From a virus (Duplodnaviria; Caudoviricetes), in IMG/VR virus record IMGVR_UViG_3300010361_000020, positions 1-41,186 of that record: a DNA stretch of 41,186 bases; one strand, written 5' to 3'. This document shows, in pieces, positions 1-7,550 of this stretch. The stretch's first letter is position 1. Each line of letters opens with the position of its first letter. The notes below the pieces were generated by a model, which was given only the letters and a program-made list of their open reading frames with translations, was not told the origin of the DNA and ran no database searches. The position numbers and the translations under genes are program-made.

Positions 1-1
1 C

Positions 2-115
2 CAGGACATCGTCACTCGCTGGCGTGAGCAGATGGTGGCCGGCGGAGGGCTGCAGATCGAGGTGTGGAGGCCCACCGCCGATTTCTACTACCGGAGGCCG
101 GAGGATGTCCGATAG
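2..115 (+). CDS. 3' end of a partial ORF (...WREQMVAGGGLQIEVWRPTADFYYRRPEDVR)
   Basis: Open frame from the window edge with GC-rich third positions; its stop overlaps the next ORF. The VWRP motif is only weakly reminiscent of VRR-NUC C-termini. Confidence 0.35.
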   Translation, partial: QDIVTRWREQMVAGGGLQIEVWRPTADFYYRRPEDVR

Positions 116-290
116 CAACGCCTATGCGGAGGTGCGGCGCCTGGCCGCTCTCATCGGACGTGCCCAGGTCCTGCTCGAGCATGTGCACCTGGACTGCAAG
201 CCGACCGATCAGGACTGGCACGACCGGGTCCACCAGTGGCTCGAGGACGCGCCGGCCGCCATCCTCGGGAGTTCCAGCGATGTCCCCTAG
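105..290 (+). CDS. Hypothetical protein, 61 aa
   Basis: ATG at 105 with GGAGG at 93-97; MSDSNAYAEVRRLAALIGRAQ... Confidence 0.6.
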   Translation: MSDSNAYAEVRRLAALIGRAQVLLEHVHLDCKPTDQDWHDRVHQWLEDAPAAILGSSSDVP

Positions 291-310
291 CCCGCCCTTT
301 GGGACGCGCT

Positions 311-1231
311 GTGCCTGACCTCGCCACCCTCGCCGACGAGTACCTGGAGCACGTGGCGGCGACGCGCAGCCTGCACACCGCCGACATCCGCCGCACGGCG
401 TTGACCCGCCGGTTCGTTCCCTGGGCGGTCGTGCACGATGTGACCGAGCTGGAGGACATCACGTCGGCCGTGCTCGACCGGTTCAGCCGTCACCTCCAGA
501 CCATGCTGACCTCGCGCGGCCGGCCGCTCTCCAAGGTCAGCGTGCACACCTACTGCCGCGAGCTGAACCTGTTCCTGGGCTGGGCGGCGAAGCACGCCGG
601 CGGCGACCCGGCCCTGCGCGCCCAAGCCCCACCGCTCAGACAGCGCGAGATGGAGGTGCTGAGCCGCGCGGAGATCGACCAGCTGGAGGCTGGCGCCGCC
701 TGGCCGCGCGACGCGCTGATGATCCGCCTGCTCGCCGACACGGGCATCCGCTCAGGGGAGCTGCTCGGCCTGCGCCCGCGCGACGTGATTCGCCAGGACG
801 GCCAGTGCTTCATCCGCGTCGGCGGGAAGACGGGCCAGCGCACGGTCGTGATCGAGGCCAAGATGTACCGCCGGATCCGCGCCTACGTCGAGGGCGGGCG
901 CGGCATCGGGCTCGGCGAGGATGACCCACTGTTCGTGACGCTCCGGGCGGCGCGCGACGGGTGCCGGCGGCCGCTGACGAAGAAGGGCGTCGAGTCGGTC
1001 GTGCGCTACGCCGGAGCCCGCGCGGGCATCGAGAAGGACGGCCGCGGTGTCTACCCGCACCTCCTGCGCCACTCGTTCGCCACGGAGATGCTGAACCGCG
1101 GCATGGACCCGCTGACCCTGCGCCGCATCATGGGCTGGACGAGCCTTGCGATGATGGACCGCGTGTACTTCAACCAGGCGGCGCGGGACCGGCACGAGAA
1201 GATGCTGCGGGTCCTGCAGGGGAAGGGGTGA
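311..1231 (+). CDS. int: Tyrosine recombinase / integrase
   Basis: Catalytic set visible: DTGIRSGE (R), GGKTG (K), HLLRHSFA (HxxR), MGWTS (W in the H/W position), RVYF (Y). Has an N-terminal core-binding helical region. GTG at 311 preferred over 236. Confidence 0.93.
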   Translation: MPDLATLADEYLEHVAATRSLHTADIRRTALTRRFVPWAVVHDVTELEDITSAVLDRFSRHLQTMLTSRGRPLSKVSVHTYCRELNLFLGWAAKHAGGDPALRAQAPPLRQREMEVLSRAEIDQLEAGAAWPRDALMIRLLADTGIRSGELLGLRPRDVIRQDGQCFIRVGGKTGQRTVVIEAKMYRRIRAYVEGGRGIGLGEDDPLFVTLRAARDGCRRPLTKKGVESVVRYAGARAGIEKDGRGVYPHLLRHSFATEMLNRGMDPLTLRRIMGWTSLAMMDRVYFNQAARDRHEKMLRVLQGKG

Positions 1232-1246
1232 CGGCACCCGGCCTGC

Positions 1247-1438
1247 CTACTCCGGCCCGCGCTCCTGCGGCGGCAGTAGCTTCTCGGCGTCCACGCGCCT
1301 GATCCGGTAGTGGCCGGACGGCAGCCGGTTGGCCGCGAGCTGGCCGAGGCGGATGTACCGCCTGATCGTCTCCGGGTCCACGCCGAGCATTCGTGCGACT
1401 TCGCTGGGAGTCATCCATTCCTGCGACTTGTGGGCCAT
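1247..1438 (-). CDS. Excisionase-like (HTH_17/MerR-type) DNA-binding protein, 63 aa
   Basis: WMTPSEVARMLGVDPETIRRYIRLGQLAANRLPSGHYRIRR is a typical Xis-like winged HTH; convergent with the integrase. Confidence 0.85.
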   Translation of the reverse strand: MAHKSQEWMTPSEVARMLGVDPETIRRYIRLGQLAANRLPSGHYRIRRVDAEKLLPPQERGPE

Positions 1439-1681
1439 GGCCCGTGCACGGTATTTCGCTGAGGGCAGGAGATGTTTGGGGGTCGTGGCCCTTGCGGGGA
1501 CCGCGGCATCTGTGCTTGGCTGGCACCAGCGGCTCCGGGCTTTCCTTCCCCGAGTCGCGCTGCCTTCGTCGGGGGCGGGCCGTTGACCAGGACCGGTCCG
1601 GCGACCCGCCCTCACCCCTCGCCGGGTGTAGTTTCGCGTCTCTCCCGGTACGCGAATCTCAATCCAGGATGTAGTTTGGTG

Positions 1682-1846
1682 TCAGTGGAAGTGCGGCGTG
1701 GCCGGCGGGTAGATGTGGGTGCAGAACCCATCCATCGCCCGGAACGTCCCCGGCGGGCACGGGCTCTTGTGAACCCCACCGGTCGCCAGGGCCACCAGGC
1801 AGATCGCGATGAGCACGAGCCCGAGCACGAGGCTGGCGCCGTTCAC
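1682..1846 (-). CDS. Small membrane/secreted peptide, 54 aa, with a Cys pair
   Basis: MNGASLVLGLVLIAICLVALATGGVHKSPCPPGTFRAMDGFCTHIYPPATPHFH; GTGA overlap with the upstream gene's stop. Not in the ORF track. Confidence 0.65.
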   Translation of the reverse strand: MNGASLVLGLVLIAICLVALATGGVHKSPCPPGTFRAMDGFCTHIYPPATPHFH

Positions 1847-2667
1847 CCGGCGTCTTCCATGATTCGGATGACCGGTTCCTCTGGCTCGGGCGCCTCCACC
1901 AGCACGACCTCCCAGGGCCGGTGCGGGTCTGGAGTCAGGATCGCGCCGACCCGGAACTCGCGCAGCGCCGAGGCCAGCCGGTCGGCCTTGATGTCCTTGC
2001 CAAGCTGGCCGCGCGGCAGTTCCAGATGCAGCGCGTAGCCCTCGTCGATGTCCGCGACCAGCCTGGCCAGCCGCGCGCCCTCGACGCCCGACTTCTTGGC
2101 GATCCAGGCCCAGATCGCATCAACGTGGCCGAGCTCGCGCCGCGCCTCGCGTGCGTAGCGCCAGCCCTCGGTGAACGGCATCCAGGACGCGCCCGCGACC
2201 TCGACCCGGGCGCGCGGCGCGGTGCGTCGCCACCAGGCGGCCATGAGCAGCGCGGCGCCCAGCAGGCCAGAGCCAGCCACGACTGGATCATTGAATCCGA
2301 CCCACCAGCAGCAGACCGACCACAGCGCCGCCGGCGCGATGCAGCGGACCACGAACGCCCTGTCCCCCTCGCCGCGCAGCGCGAGGAGCACGACGAGGCC
2401 CGCGGCCGGAACCAGCAGCAGCGCCAGCCAGGCCAGGTCAGCGCGGCCCTCATGGAACGTCTCCAGCATCGAGGCGAGCGCGACCAGCAGGGCGGCCGGG
2501 GCCAGCTCCCGGCGGTGCCGCCAGGTCCAGCGCGCGAGCCGGTCCAGGGCCTCCTCCCTGGTGGCCTCCCCCCCGGTCGAGACGGGCGGGTTTTCGGGTT
2601 CCAACGCGCGGGGGCGCGCGCCCTCGCGCGCGAGGTCCGAGGCCCTGGTGACGGTGACCCAGCCCAT
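1843..2667 (-). CDS. Membrane protein resembling the N-terminal half of actinomycete TraB/FtsK-SpoIIIE transfer proteins, with no ATPase domain
   Basis: LARWTWRHRRELAP motif, about 4 TM segments, then LELPRGQLGKDIKADRLASAL...; the ORF ends with no Walker A or B. ATG overlaps the upstream stop (TGATG). Confidence 0.6.
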   Translation of the reverse strand: MGWVTVTRASDLAREGARPRALEPENPPVSTGGEATREEALDRLARWTWRHRRELAPAALLVALASMLETFHEGRADLAWLALLLVPAAGLVVLLALRGEGDRAFVVRCIAPAALWSVCCWWVGFNDPVVAGSGLLGAALLMAAWWRRTAPRARVEVAGASWMPFTEGWRYAREARRELGHVDAIWAWIAKKSGVEGARLARLVADIDEGYALHLELPRGQLGKDIKADRLASALREFRVGAILTPDPHRPWEVVLVEAPEPEEPVIRIMEDAG

Positions 2668-3026
2668 CAGCGCGCCCCCGCGATCTGGAGCGACAGGCGA
2701 GAGAAGAGGATGCCCAGCCAGCCCCAGGCCGTCAGGCCGAGGTAGCCGATCGCCAGCGCAGCGAGCGCCCCGCCGAGGAGCCGGTGGCCGTGCTTGTGCT
2801 TCATGACGAAGTAGGCGATCCCGGCCGCGAACAGGCCCCGGGGAGACAGGACCCGCAGCAGTAGCTCGACCCACCCGACCAGGCGATCGATCGCGAGGAT
2901 GATCGGCGAGGCCGGGTCCGGAGCTGCCTGGTAGGCTAGCCAGAGCAGGCCGCCGAGCGCGACGATTCCGCCCACGAAGGACGCGCCGGCCGGGACCTGG
3001 ACGCCCGCGCCGCGCTGCTCTGCCAT
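2667..3026 (-). CDS. Multi-pass membrane protein, 119 aa
   Basis: Three hydrophobic segments; translationally coupled on both sides. Confidence 0.7.
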   Translation of the reverse strand: MAEQRGAGVQVPAGASFVGGIVALGGLLWLAYQAAPDPASPIILAIDRLVGWVELLLRVLSPRGLFAAGIAYFVMKHKHGHRLLGGALAALAIGYLGLTAWGWLGILFSRLSLQIAGAR

Positions 3027-3127
3027 CACAGGCCCCTCAGCGACAGGACTCGGCCCGACCACCACGCCGCGGCAGCGCCGATCAGGACCGGCAGCGAGAG
3101 CCCCGCGACGACGAGGAGGCCGATCAC
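3026..3127 (-). CDS. Single-TM microprotein, 33 aa
   Basis: MIGLLVVAGLSLPVLIGAAAAWWSGRVLSLRGL exactly fills the gap, with GTGA and TGATG overlaps. Confidence 0.6.
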   Translation of the reverse strand: MIGLLVVAGLSLPVLIGAAAAWWSGRVLSLRGL

Positions 3128-3723
3128 CCCGCCGCCTCGCGCGCCTCGCGCAGCAGGCGGCCACCGGTCGCCCGCGAGACGCCGTACTTCGCCGCCACCT
3201 TGCCGCCGCTGAGCCGTTCGCCGCGAGCCAGCGCCGCGCGGATCTGGCTCACACGCCCCACGTCGCCGACCAGCGTCAGGCGCGCTCGCGGTGGCTCAGG
3301 CTGCGGCTCGGGGCGAGTCGGGCGGGCGGCGCGCGTCCGACGCTCGTGGCCGTGGATCAGCACCAGCAGGTGGATCGTCCCGAAGGCGCTGAGGCCCGCG
3401 ACGGCCGAGGCGCACGCCCGGCCCCAGGCCGGCAGCTCGAGTGCGCCGTGGTCGACCATGGAGTGAGCCGCACCGCCCGCCAGGCTGAGCACGAAGGCGA
3501 CGACGACCACGCACCAGGCGTAGAAGCAGCGCCAGCCCTTCAGGGTATCGACGGCGACGAGCCCCGCCAGGCCCAGGCCGTCGATGGTGAGCGGGTACAG
3601 GTAGGCGAGGCGCCAGTCGATCCGGCTCGCGACGGCGACCTCCTGCAGCGACCAGTAGTTAATGAGGGCGGCGCTCAGGCCGACCACGACCGTGATGCAG
3701 GTAGCGGCTTGGGTGCGGCTCAC
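3124..3723 (-). CDS. DUF2637-family (SpdA-like) membrane protein with C-terminal HTH
   Basis: AYLYPLTIDGLGL motif and 4 TM segments; C-terminal LSGGKVAAKYGVSRATGGRLLREA HTH. Confidence 0.8.
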   Translation of the reverse strand: MSRTQAATCITVVVGLSAALINYWSLQEVAVASRIDWRLAYLYPLTIDGLGLAGLVAVDTLKGWRCFYAWCVVVVAFVLSLAGGAAHSMVDHGALELPAWGRACASAVAGLSAFGTIHLLVLIHGHERRTRAARPTRPEPQPEPPRARLTLVGDVGRVSQIRAALARGERLSGGKVAAKYGVSRATGGRLLREAREAAG

Positions 3724-3803
3724 GGTCTGATATCTTAGACCGTCGGTAGCGGATGCGCTACCACAAGTATCCACTGGAGGTCAAGCGGTCTACGATTCGC
3801 GTC
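3722..3803. promoter_or_regulatory. Divergent promoter/operator region
   Basis: Two inverted repeats (ACGGTCT-N8-AGACCGT 3722-3743; GGTAGCG-N4-CGCTACC 3745-3762). TACGAT at 3791-3796 lies 7 nt before GTG 3804; minus-strand TAAGAT at 3732-3737 lies 8 nt before GTG 3723. Confidence 0.55.
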
Positions 3804-4040
3804 GTGGCCGAGATCCGCCGCGCGTTCGGTGCCGAGGTCCGCGGCGAGCGGGCCCGTCAAGGGATGGCGCAGTGGGACCTGGCTCGGCGAGCCGGCATCG
3901 CGCGCTCGACGCTGAGCCGCATTGAGCAGGGCGTGGCCGACCCGACGCTGAGCGACCAGGCGGCCATCGCCGGTGCGCTCGGGCTCACGGTGGACGAGCT
4001 GCTGCGGCGGGCGAGAGGGGAGCGCGACGGCAAGGTGTGA
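3804..4040 (+). CDS. XRE/Cro-CI family HTH regulator (probably leaderless; alternative start 3753)
   Basis: FGAEVRGERARQGMAQWDLARRAGIARSTLSRIEQGVADPTL...IAGALGLTVDELL is a classic HTH_3 pattern. Confidence 0.9.
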   Translation: MAEIRRAFGAEVRGERARQGMAQWDLARRAGIARSTLSRIEQGVADPTLSDQAAIAGALGLTVDELLRRARGERDGKV

Positions 4041-4072
4041 CCGGAGCGCCAGCGGGGGACAACTGGAGGGAC

Positions 4073-4519
4073 ATGGTGAACGAGCAACCGTTACGAGCCG
4101 CCGGGCCGGGCGTGGGCAGGGCATTGCTGACCGCCGTCGGCGCGATCGTCCTGCTGCTGGTCGGGGTGGTGCTGGGGCGGGCCAGCGCGCAGCCGGCATC
4201 GACCCCGGCGACATCGGCTACGACCGCCACCTCTGCGGCGCCGACGGCGGCGCCCACCCCGCAGGCGCTGAGCGGAACCGGCTCGAAGGTGGTACCGGTG
4301 ACGCTGGCCGCCGGCCGCTACAAGCTGGCATGGACGGCGCAGGGCAGCGACAACTTCATCGTGAAGCTGTTGGGCCAGAACACGGTGGGCGTGGTCAACG
4401 AGATACCGCCGAACCCGACCTCTGGCGAGACGGTGCTGAGCGTGCAGGACTCGGGGAACTACCAGATGCAGGTGGAGGCGTCCACACTCACCTGGACGAT
4501 CACGCTCACGCCGCTGTAA
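4073..4519 (+). CDS. Membrane-anchored/secreted beta-rich protein (possible superinfection-exclusion-type accessory)
   Basis: N-terminal TM segment, Ala/Thr/Pro linker, then LSGTGSKVVPVTLAAGRYKLAWT...WTITLTP. Contains a TTA codon at 4091-4093. Confidence 0.75.
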   Translation: MVNEQPLRAAGPGVGRALLTAVGAIVLLLVGVVLGRASAQPASTPATSATTATSAAPTAAPTPQALSGTGSKVVPVTLAAGRYKLAWTAQGSDNFIVKLLGQNTVGVVNEIPPNPTSGETVLSVQDSGNYQMQVEASTLTWTITLTPL

Positions 4520-4523
4520 CGCG

Positions 4524-4555
4524 AAAAGCGCCCCGGCCGCGATGGCCGGGGCGCT
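4524..4555 (-). terminator. Intrinsic terminator between convergent units
   Basis: 12-bp perfect stem AGCGCCCCGGCC/GGCCGGGGCGCT (4527-4538/4544-4555) with a short U-tract on the minus strand. Confidence 0.8.
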
Positions 4556-4576
4556 CCATGGGCAGGGAGAGGATCG

Positions 4577-4972
4577 TCAGGTCGTGGATGTCTTCGCGGG
4601 GGTCGGCGGTGCGGGCGGGAAGGCCGGCGATGCCGGTAGCCCGACGAGCTGCGGCCACCGCGCCTTGAGCGCGCCGTAGACCGCCTGCATCACGCCCCAC
4701 ACCGACAGCCAGCCGCCGGCCAGCGTGACGGCACCGGTCCCGGAGATGCTGAGGTCGCCGGCCAGGTAGAGGGCCACGAGCGCGATGACGAGCGCGGCGC
4801 CGTAGCTGATGAGCTGCATCGCGTAGCCGGACAGCTTCACGTTCGCCAGCAGCGGCGGCGCGAAGACGGTCGCGAGGCCGGCGAAGGCCAGGCCGATCTG
4901 CACGGACGATGGCGACGGGATGGCGGCCGCCAACCAGACGATGGCGAGAGCCACGTGCACGGCGAGGAACAC
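4577..4972 (-). CDS. Holin-like multi-TM protein
   Basis: About 4 TM segments, GGAGG RBS, at the end of the lysis module. Confidence 0.6.
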   Translation of the reverse strand: MFLAVHVALAIVWLAAAIPSPSSVQIGLAFAGLATVFAPPLLANVKLSGYAMQLISYGAALVIALVALYLAGDLSISGTGAVTLAGGWLSVWGVMQAVYGALKARWPQLVGLPASPAFPPAPPTPAKTSTT

Positions 4973-4974
4973 CG

Positions 4975-5208
4975 TCAGACCTCCTCCGGCGCCGTCTCGC
5001 GCACCGCCTCCGGATGGTGACGCACGTCGTACTCGTGCTCCTCGCCCAGGCGCTCGGCGCCGCCGTGGGTGAACGTCGCGCGCGTCACGGTGTGGCCATG
5101 CTGGCGTAGCTCGGCGACGAGCTTGGCCGCGAGCCGGTCGGCGTCGCCCTCGTGGCCCGGGTTGTGGTGGGCACCCTGGCCCTCGATGCTGATGTGGTAG
5201 TTGCCCAT
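4975..5208 (-). CDS. Hypothetical protein, 77 aa
   Basis: GGAGG RBS; MGNYHISIEGQGAHHN... Confidence 0.75.
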   Translation of the reverse strand: MGNYHISIEGQGAHHNPGHEGDADRLAAKLVAELRQHGHTVTRATFTHGGAERLGEEHEYDVRHHPEAVRETAPEEV

Positions 5209-5248
5209 GGTTGGGTACCTCCAGACCTCGCCGGCTCAGGGCCGGCGG

Positions 5249-5626
5249 CTATGCCCGGCGCAGCGCCGAGCGGTCGACCTGGTTGCGGATCTGTGCCAGG
5301 ACGACACACGCCTGCACCAGCACGTAGACGGCACCGGTGAGTTCGGCACGCTCGTACCGGTCGGCGGGCGGCAGAGGTCCCATCACCGCGGCCACGCCGA
5401 GCACCAGAAAGCCCAGGTGCAGCGCCATCGACGCCAGTGCCCCACGCCGCGAGATGCGCCCGGTTGTCCGGAGCGCTCCGTTCACGCCCGCGCGGGCCCG
5501 CGCCCGCAGGTCGAGCCACGCGTCGATCGACGTGACCAGGCAGACGCCCACGCCCACCAGCGCGAGCAGGGTGAACAGCCAGTCCACCACCCGCACCGCA
5601 GCCGCACTGACCAGGACGGCCGTCAC
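5249..5626 (-). CDS. Membrane protein (3 TM), lysis module
   Basis: Hydrophobic segments; GTGA coupling. Confidence 0.65.
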   Translation of the reverse strand: MTAVLVSAAAVRVVDWLFTLLALVGVGVCLVTSIDAWLDLRARARAGVNGALRTTGRISRRGALASMALHLGFLVLGVAAVMGPLPPADRYERAELTGAVYVLVQACVVLAQIRNQVDRSALRRA

Positions 5627-5805
5627 CCCTCGCCCCCGTCGATGGCGTGGCGCTCGTCGCGCAGTGCGCGGACGCGACGCTCGACGTCCTCCGTGGTGCG
5701 CCGGGCGTCGGCCAGTCGGCGGCGAACATCGGCCTTCTCGTGGGCCGGCGTGACGTCCGGAGACGCCGGCCGGAGACGCCGCAGCAATGCCAGGAACCGC
5801 CTCAC
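5623..5805 (-). CDS. Small basic/coiled-coil protein, 60 aa
   Basis: MRRFLALLRRLRPASPDV...; GTGA overlaps at both ends. Confidence 0.6.
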   Translation of the reverse strand: MRRFLALLRRLRPASPDVTPAHEKADVRRRLADARRTTEDVERRVRALRDERHAIDGGEG

Positions 5806-6041
5806 CGGGTGGCCTTCCTGGTCGATGCTGCCTCCCGTGCTGCTCCGGCGGCGCGTTCGGCGGTGACGGTGCCAGTCTGGGCGAGCAGCTTCCATTCGTC
5901 GCGGTCCCCCTTCAGCTCGTCGTACTGCCAGCCGAACACCCACCAGCGCAGGTAGAAGCCGACCAGCAGGAAGGCGAGCATCCCGAACGGCCCCAGCGAC
6001 TGCAGGAACGCCACCAGGCCGCGAACGTCGAGCCCGATCAC
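5802..6041 (-). CDS. Putative holin (1 TM plus charged tail)
   Basis: Directly downstream of the endolysin; GPFGMLAFLLVGFYLRWWVFGWQYDELKGDRDEWK. Confidence 0.6.
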   Translation of the reverse strand: MIGLDVRGLVAFLQSLGPFGMLAFLLVGFYLRWWVFGWQYDELKGDRDEWKLLAQTGTVTAERAAGAAREAASTRKATR

Positions 6042-6056
6042 CCCCGCTCAGCCCCC

Positions 6057-7184
6057 TCACGCCTCGGCGGCTGCGTCGGACAGCGCCTTGCGGAGCTGGT
6101 CGTGGGTGACGTACTGGCTGTCGTCGTCCGGCGTCGCAGCTGGCGCGGCCGGCAGGGCCCCGGTCATGCTCAGGGGCGCCCAGCTGCCCCAGCCGCCCGC
6201 AGACGTGTAGATCAGCTTCCCGTACGCGCCGCTGGTCGTCTGCGCGGCCACGACGAGGGCCTGCCCGGCATCCTGCCACCAGCAGGAGGCCGTGTGCGGG
6301 ACCAGCGTGCCGCCGAGGTTTTCGAGCGCCTGGACGTCCGGCTGGCCCGCGGCCCAGAAGTAGTGCTGCAGGGTGCCGTCTAGGTGGACGGTGAAGAGGT
6401 CCGTGCCGCTGCCGTCAGGCCGTGGTGCTGCGGCCATGTCCTGTCCTCCTGTGGAGCGTGGCGGGGTGACCGCGCCCGGCGTAAGCCACTGGCTGAGCGG
6501 GCCGCGCAACACCCGGCTCTGGTCGCAGCACCCGCCGACGCCCGGCGTGGTGCCGCAGTCGGTGAACTGGCGGGCGATGGCGGGCGCGAACGCGCTGTCC
6601 GGCGTAGCCCCGTAGTCAGCCATCCAGAACGGCCAGCCATCGACGATGGGCTGCAGCCCGACCGACGAGACCAGGTACGGGTAGCTGTACCCCCACGTCG
6701 CCGGCGGCGGCGCCTCGAGCGCCGTCAGGAAAGCCCGGCACCAGTCGAGGCCGGCCGCCCCGCGCGGGAACGGGTTCGCGCTCGGGTCGTCCTCGAAGTC
6801 CCCGCACATCGCCTCGTTGGGCATGAGCGGCCCGACCACGTAGTTCATGAACGCCGCCTCGGCGGACGCCTGGTTGTACGCCGGGTAGGCGAAGTGGTAG
6901 TAGACCGCCGGGATGCCGCGCGCCCGCGCGCCCTGCTGATTGGCCCCGAGCTGTGCGTCCGCGCGCACGGTGCCGAAGCTCGAGCGGATGGCGACCGCGG
7001 CGATCGTCCCGGCCTGGTAGGCGGCGCCGAGCGCGGCCCAGTCAACCGGCCCGTTGAACTCGCTGATGTCGGGGAACCAGCTCGCGCCCGCAACTGCGCG
7101 CAGGCTGGCGAGCCGGTCGGCGATCCGCGCCCAGTGGAAGTGCTGGACGCCGGGGTGCGCGGACCGCGGGACGGGCCCGCTCAC
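6057..7184 (-). CDS. Endolysin, GH25 muramidase with C-terminal lectin-like beta-propeller blades
   Basis: GH25 motifs DISEF, YYHF, DFE, WMADY, RQFT. The C-terminal domain contains ENLGG and WGSW. Confidence 0.88.
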   Translation of the reverse strand: MSGPVPRSAHPGVQHFHWARIADRLASLRAVAGASWFPDISEFNGPVDWAALGAAYQAGTIAAVAIRSSFGTVRADAQLGANQQGARARGIPAVYYHFAYPAYNQASAEAAFMNYVVGPLMPNEAMCGDFEDDPSANPFPRGAAGLDWCRAFLTALEAPPPATWGYSYPYLVSSVGLQPIVDGWPFWMADYGATPDSAFAPAIARQFTDCGTTPGVGGCCDQSRVLRGPLSQWLTPGAVTPPRSTGGQDMAAAPRPDGSGTDLFTVHLDGTLQHYFWAAGQPDVQALENLGGTLVPHTASCWWQDAGQALVVAAQTTSGAYGKLIYTSAGGWGSWAPLSMTGALPAAPAATPDDDSQYVTHDQLRKALSDAAAEA

Positions 7185-7531
7185 GACGTAGCGACGGTGA
7201 TGTCCCCGAAGGCCCCGGCCGGATTCGGCGGCGTCCAGCCCCCCCAGATGTTCGTGGCGGGGTCGTAGATGTTCGTCCAGATGCGGGCGTCGTCCCCGAC
7301 CAGGTAGAGGAACAGCTTGGTGCCGTCCGGCAGCCAGATGGGCAGCACCTGCGAGCCGTCCCCCCCGAGGGACTTCCAGTCGGTCGCGAGCGCGCCTGAG
7401 CCCGGTCCGTTCCAGTGCGGGACATGCAGGTTGCCGGAGCCGTCGGGCACCAGCGCGAAGGAGTCCTGCCTGGGCGGTCGAGAAGCCGGCTGAAAGACGG
7501 TGGCGAAGGGCACGAGCAACGGCGACGACAT
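7181..7531 (-). CDS. Small Trp-rich protein with beta-propeller (PLL/fucose-lectin-like) blade motifs
   Basis: DGSGNLH...DWKSLGG...LFLYLVGDDARIWTN...WGGW; GAGGAGG RBS. Confidence 0.65.
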   Translation of the reverse strand: MSSPLLVPFATVFQPASRPPRQDSFALVPDGSGNLHVPHWNGPGSGALATDWKSLGGDGSQVLPIWLPDGTKLFLYLVGDDARIWTNIYDPATNIWGGWTPPNPAGAFGDITVATS

Positions 7532-7550
7532 GAATTCCTCCTCGCAGCGG

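Noticed and set aside
1-1250. attL/attR boundary near the integrase
   Set aside because: No host gene, tRNA fragment or long direct repeat is visible, so the boundary cannot be placed.
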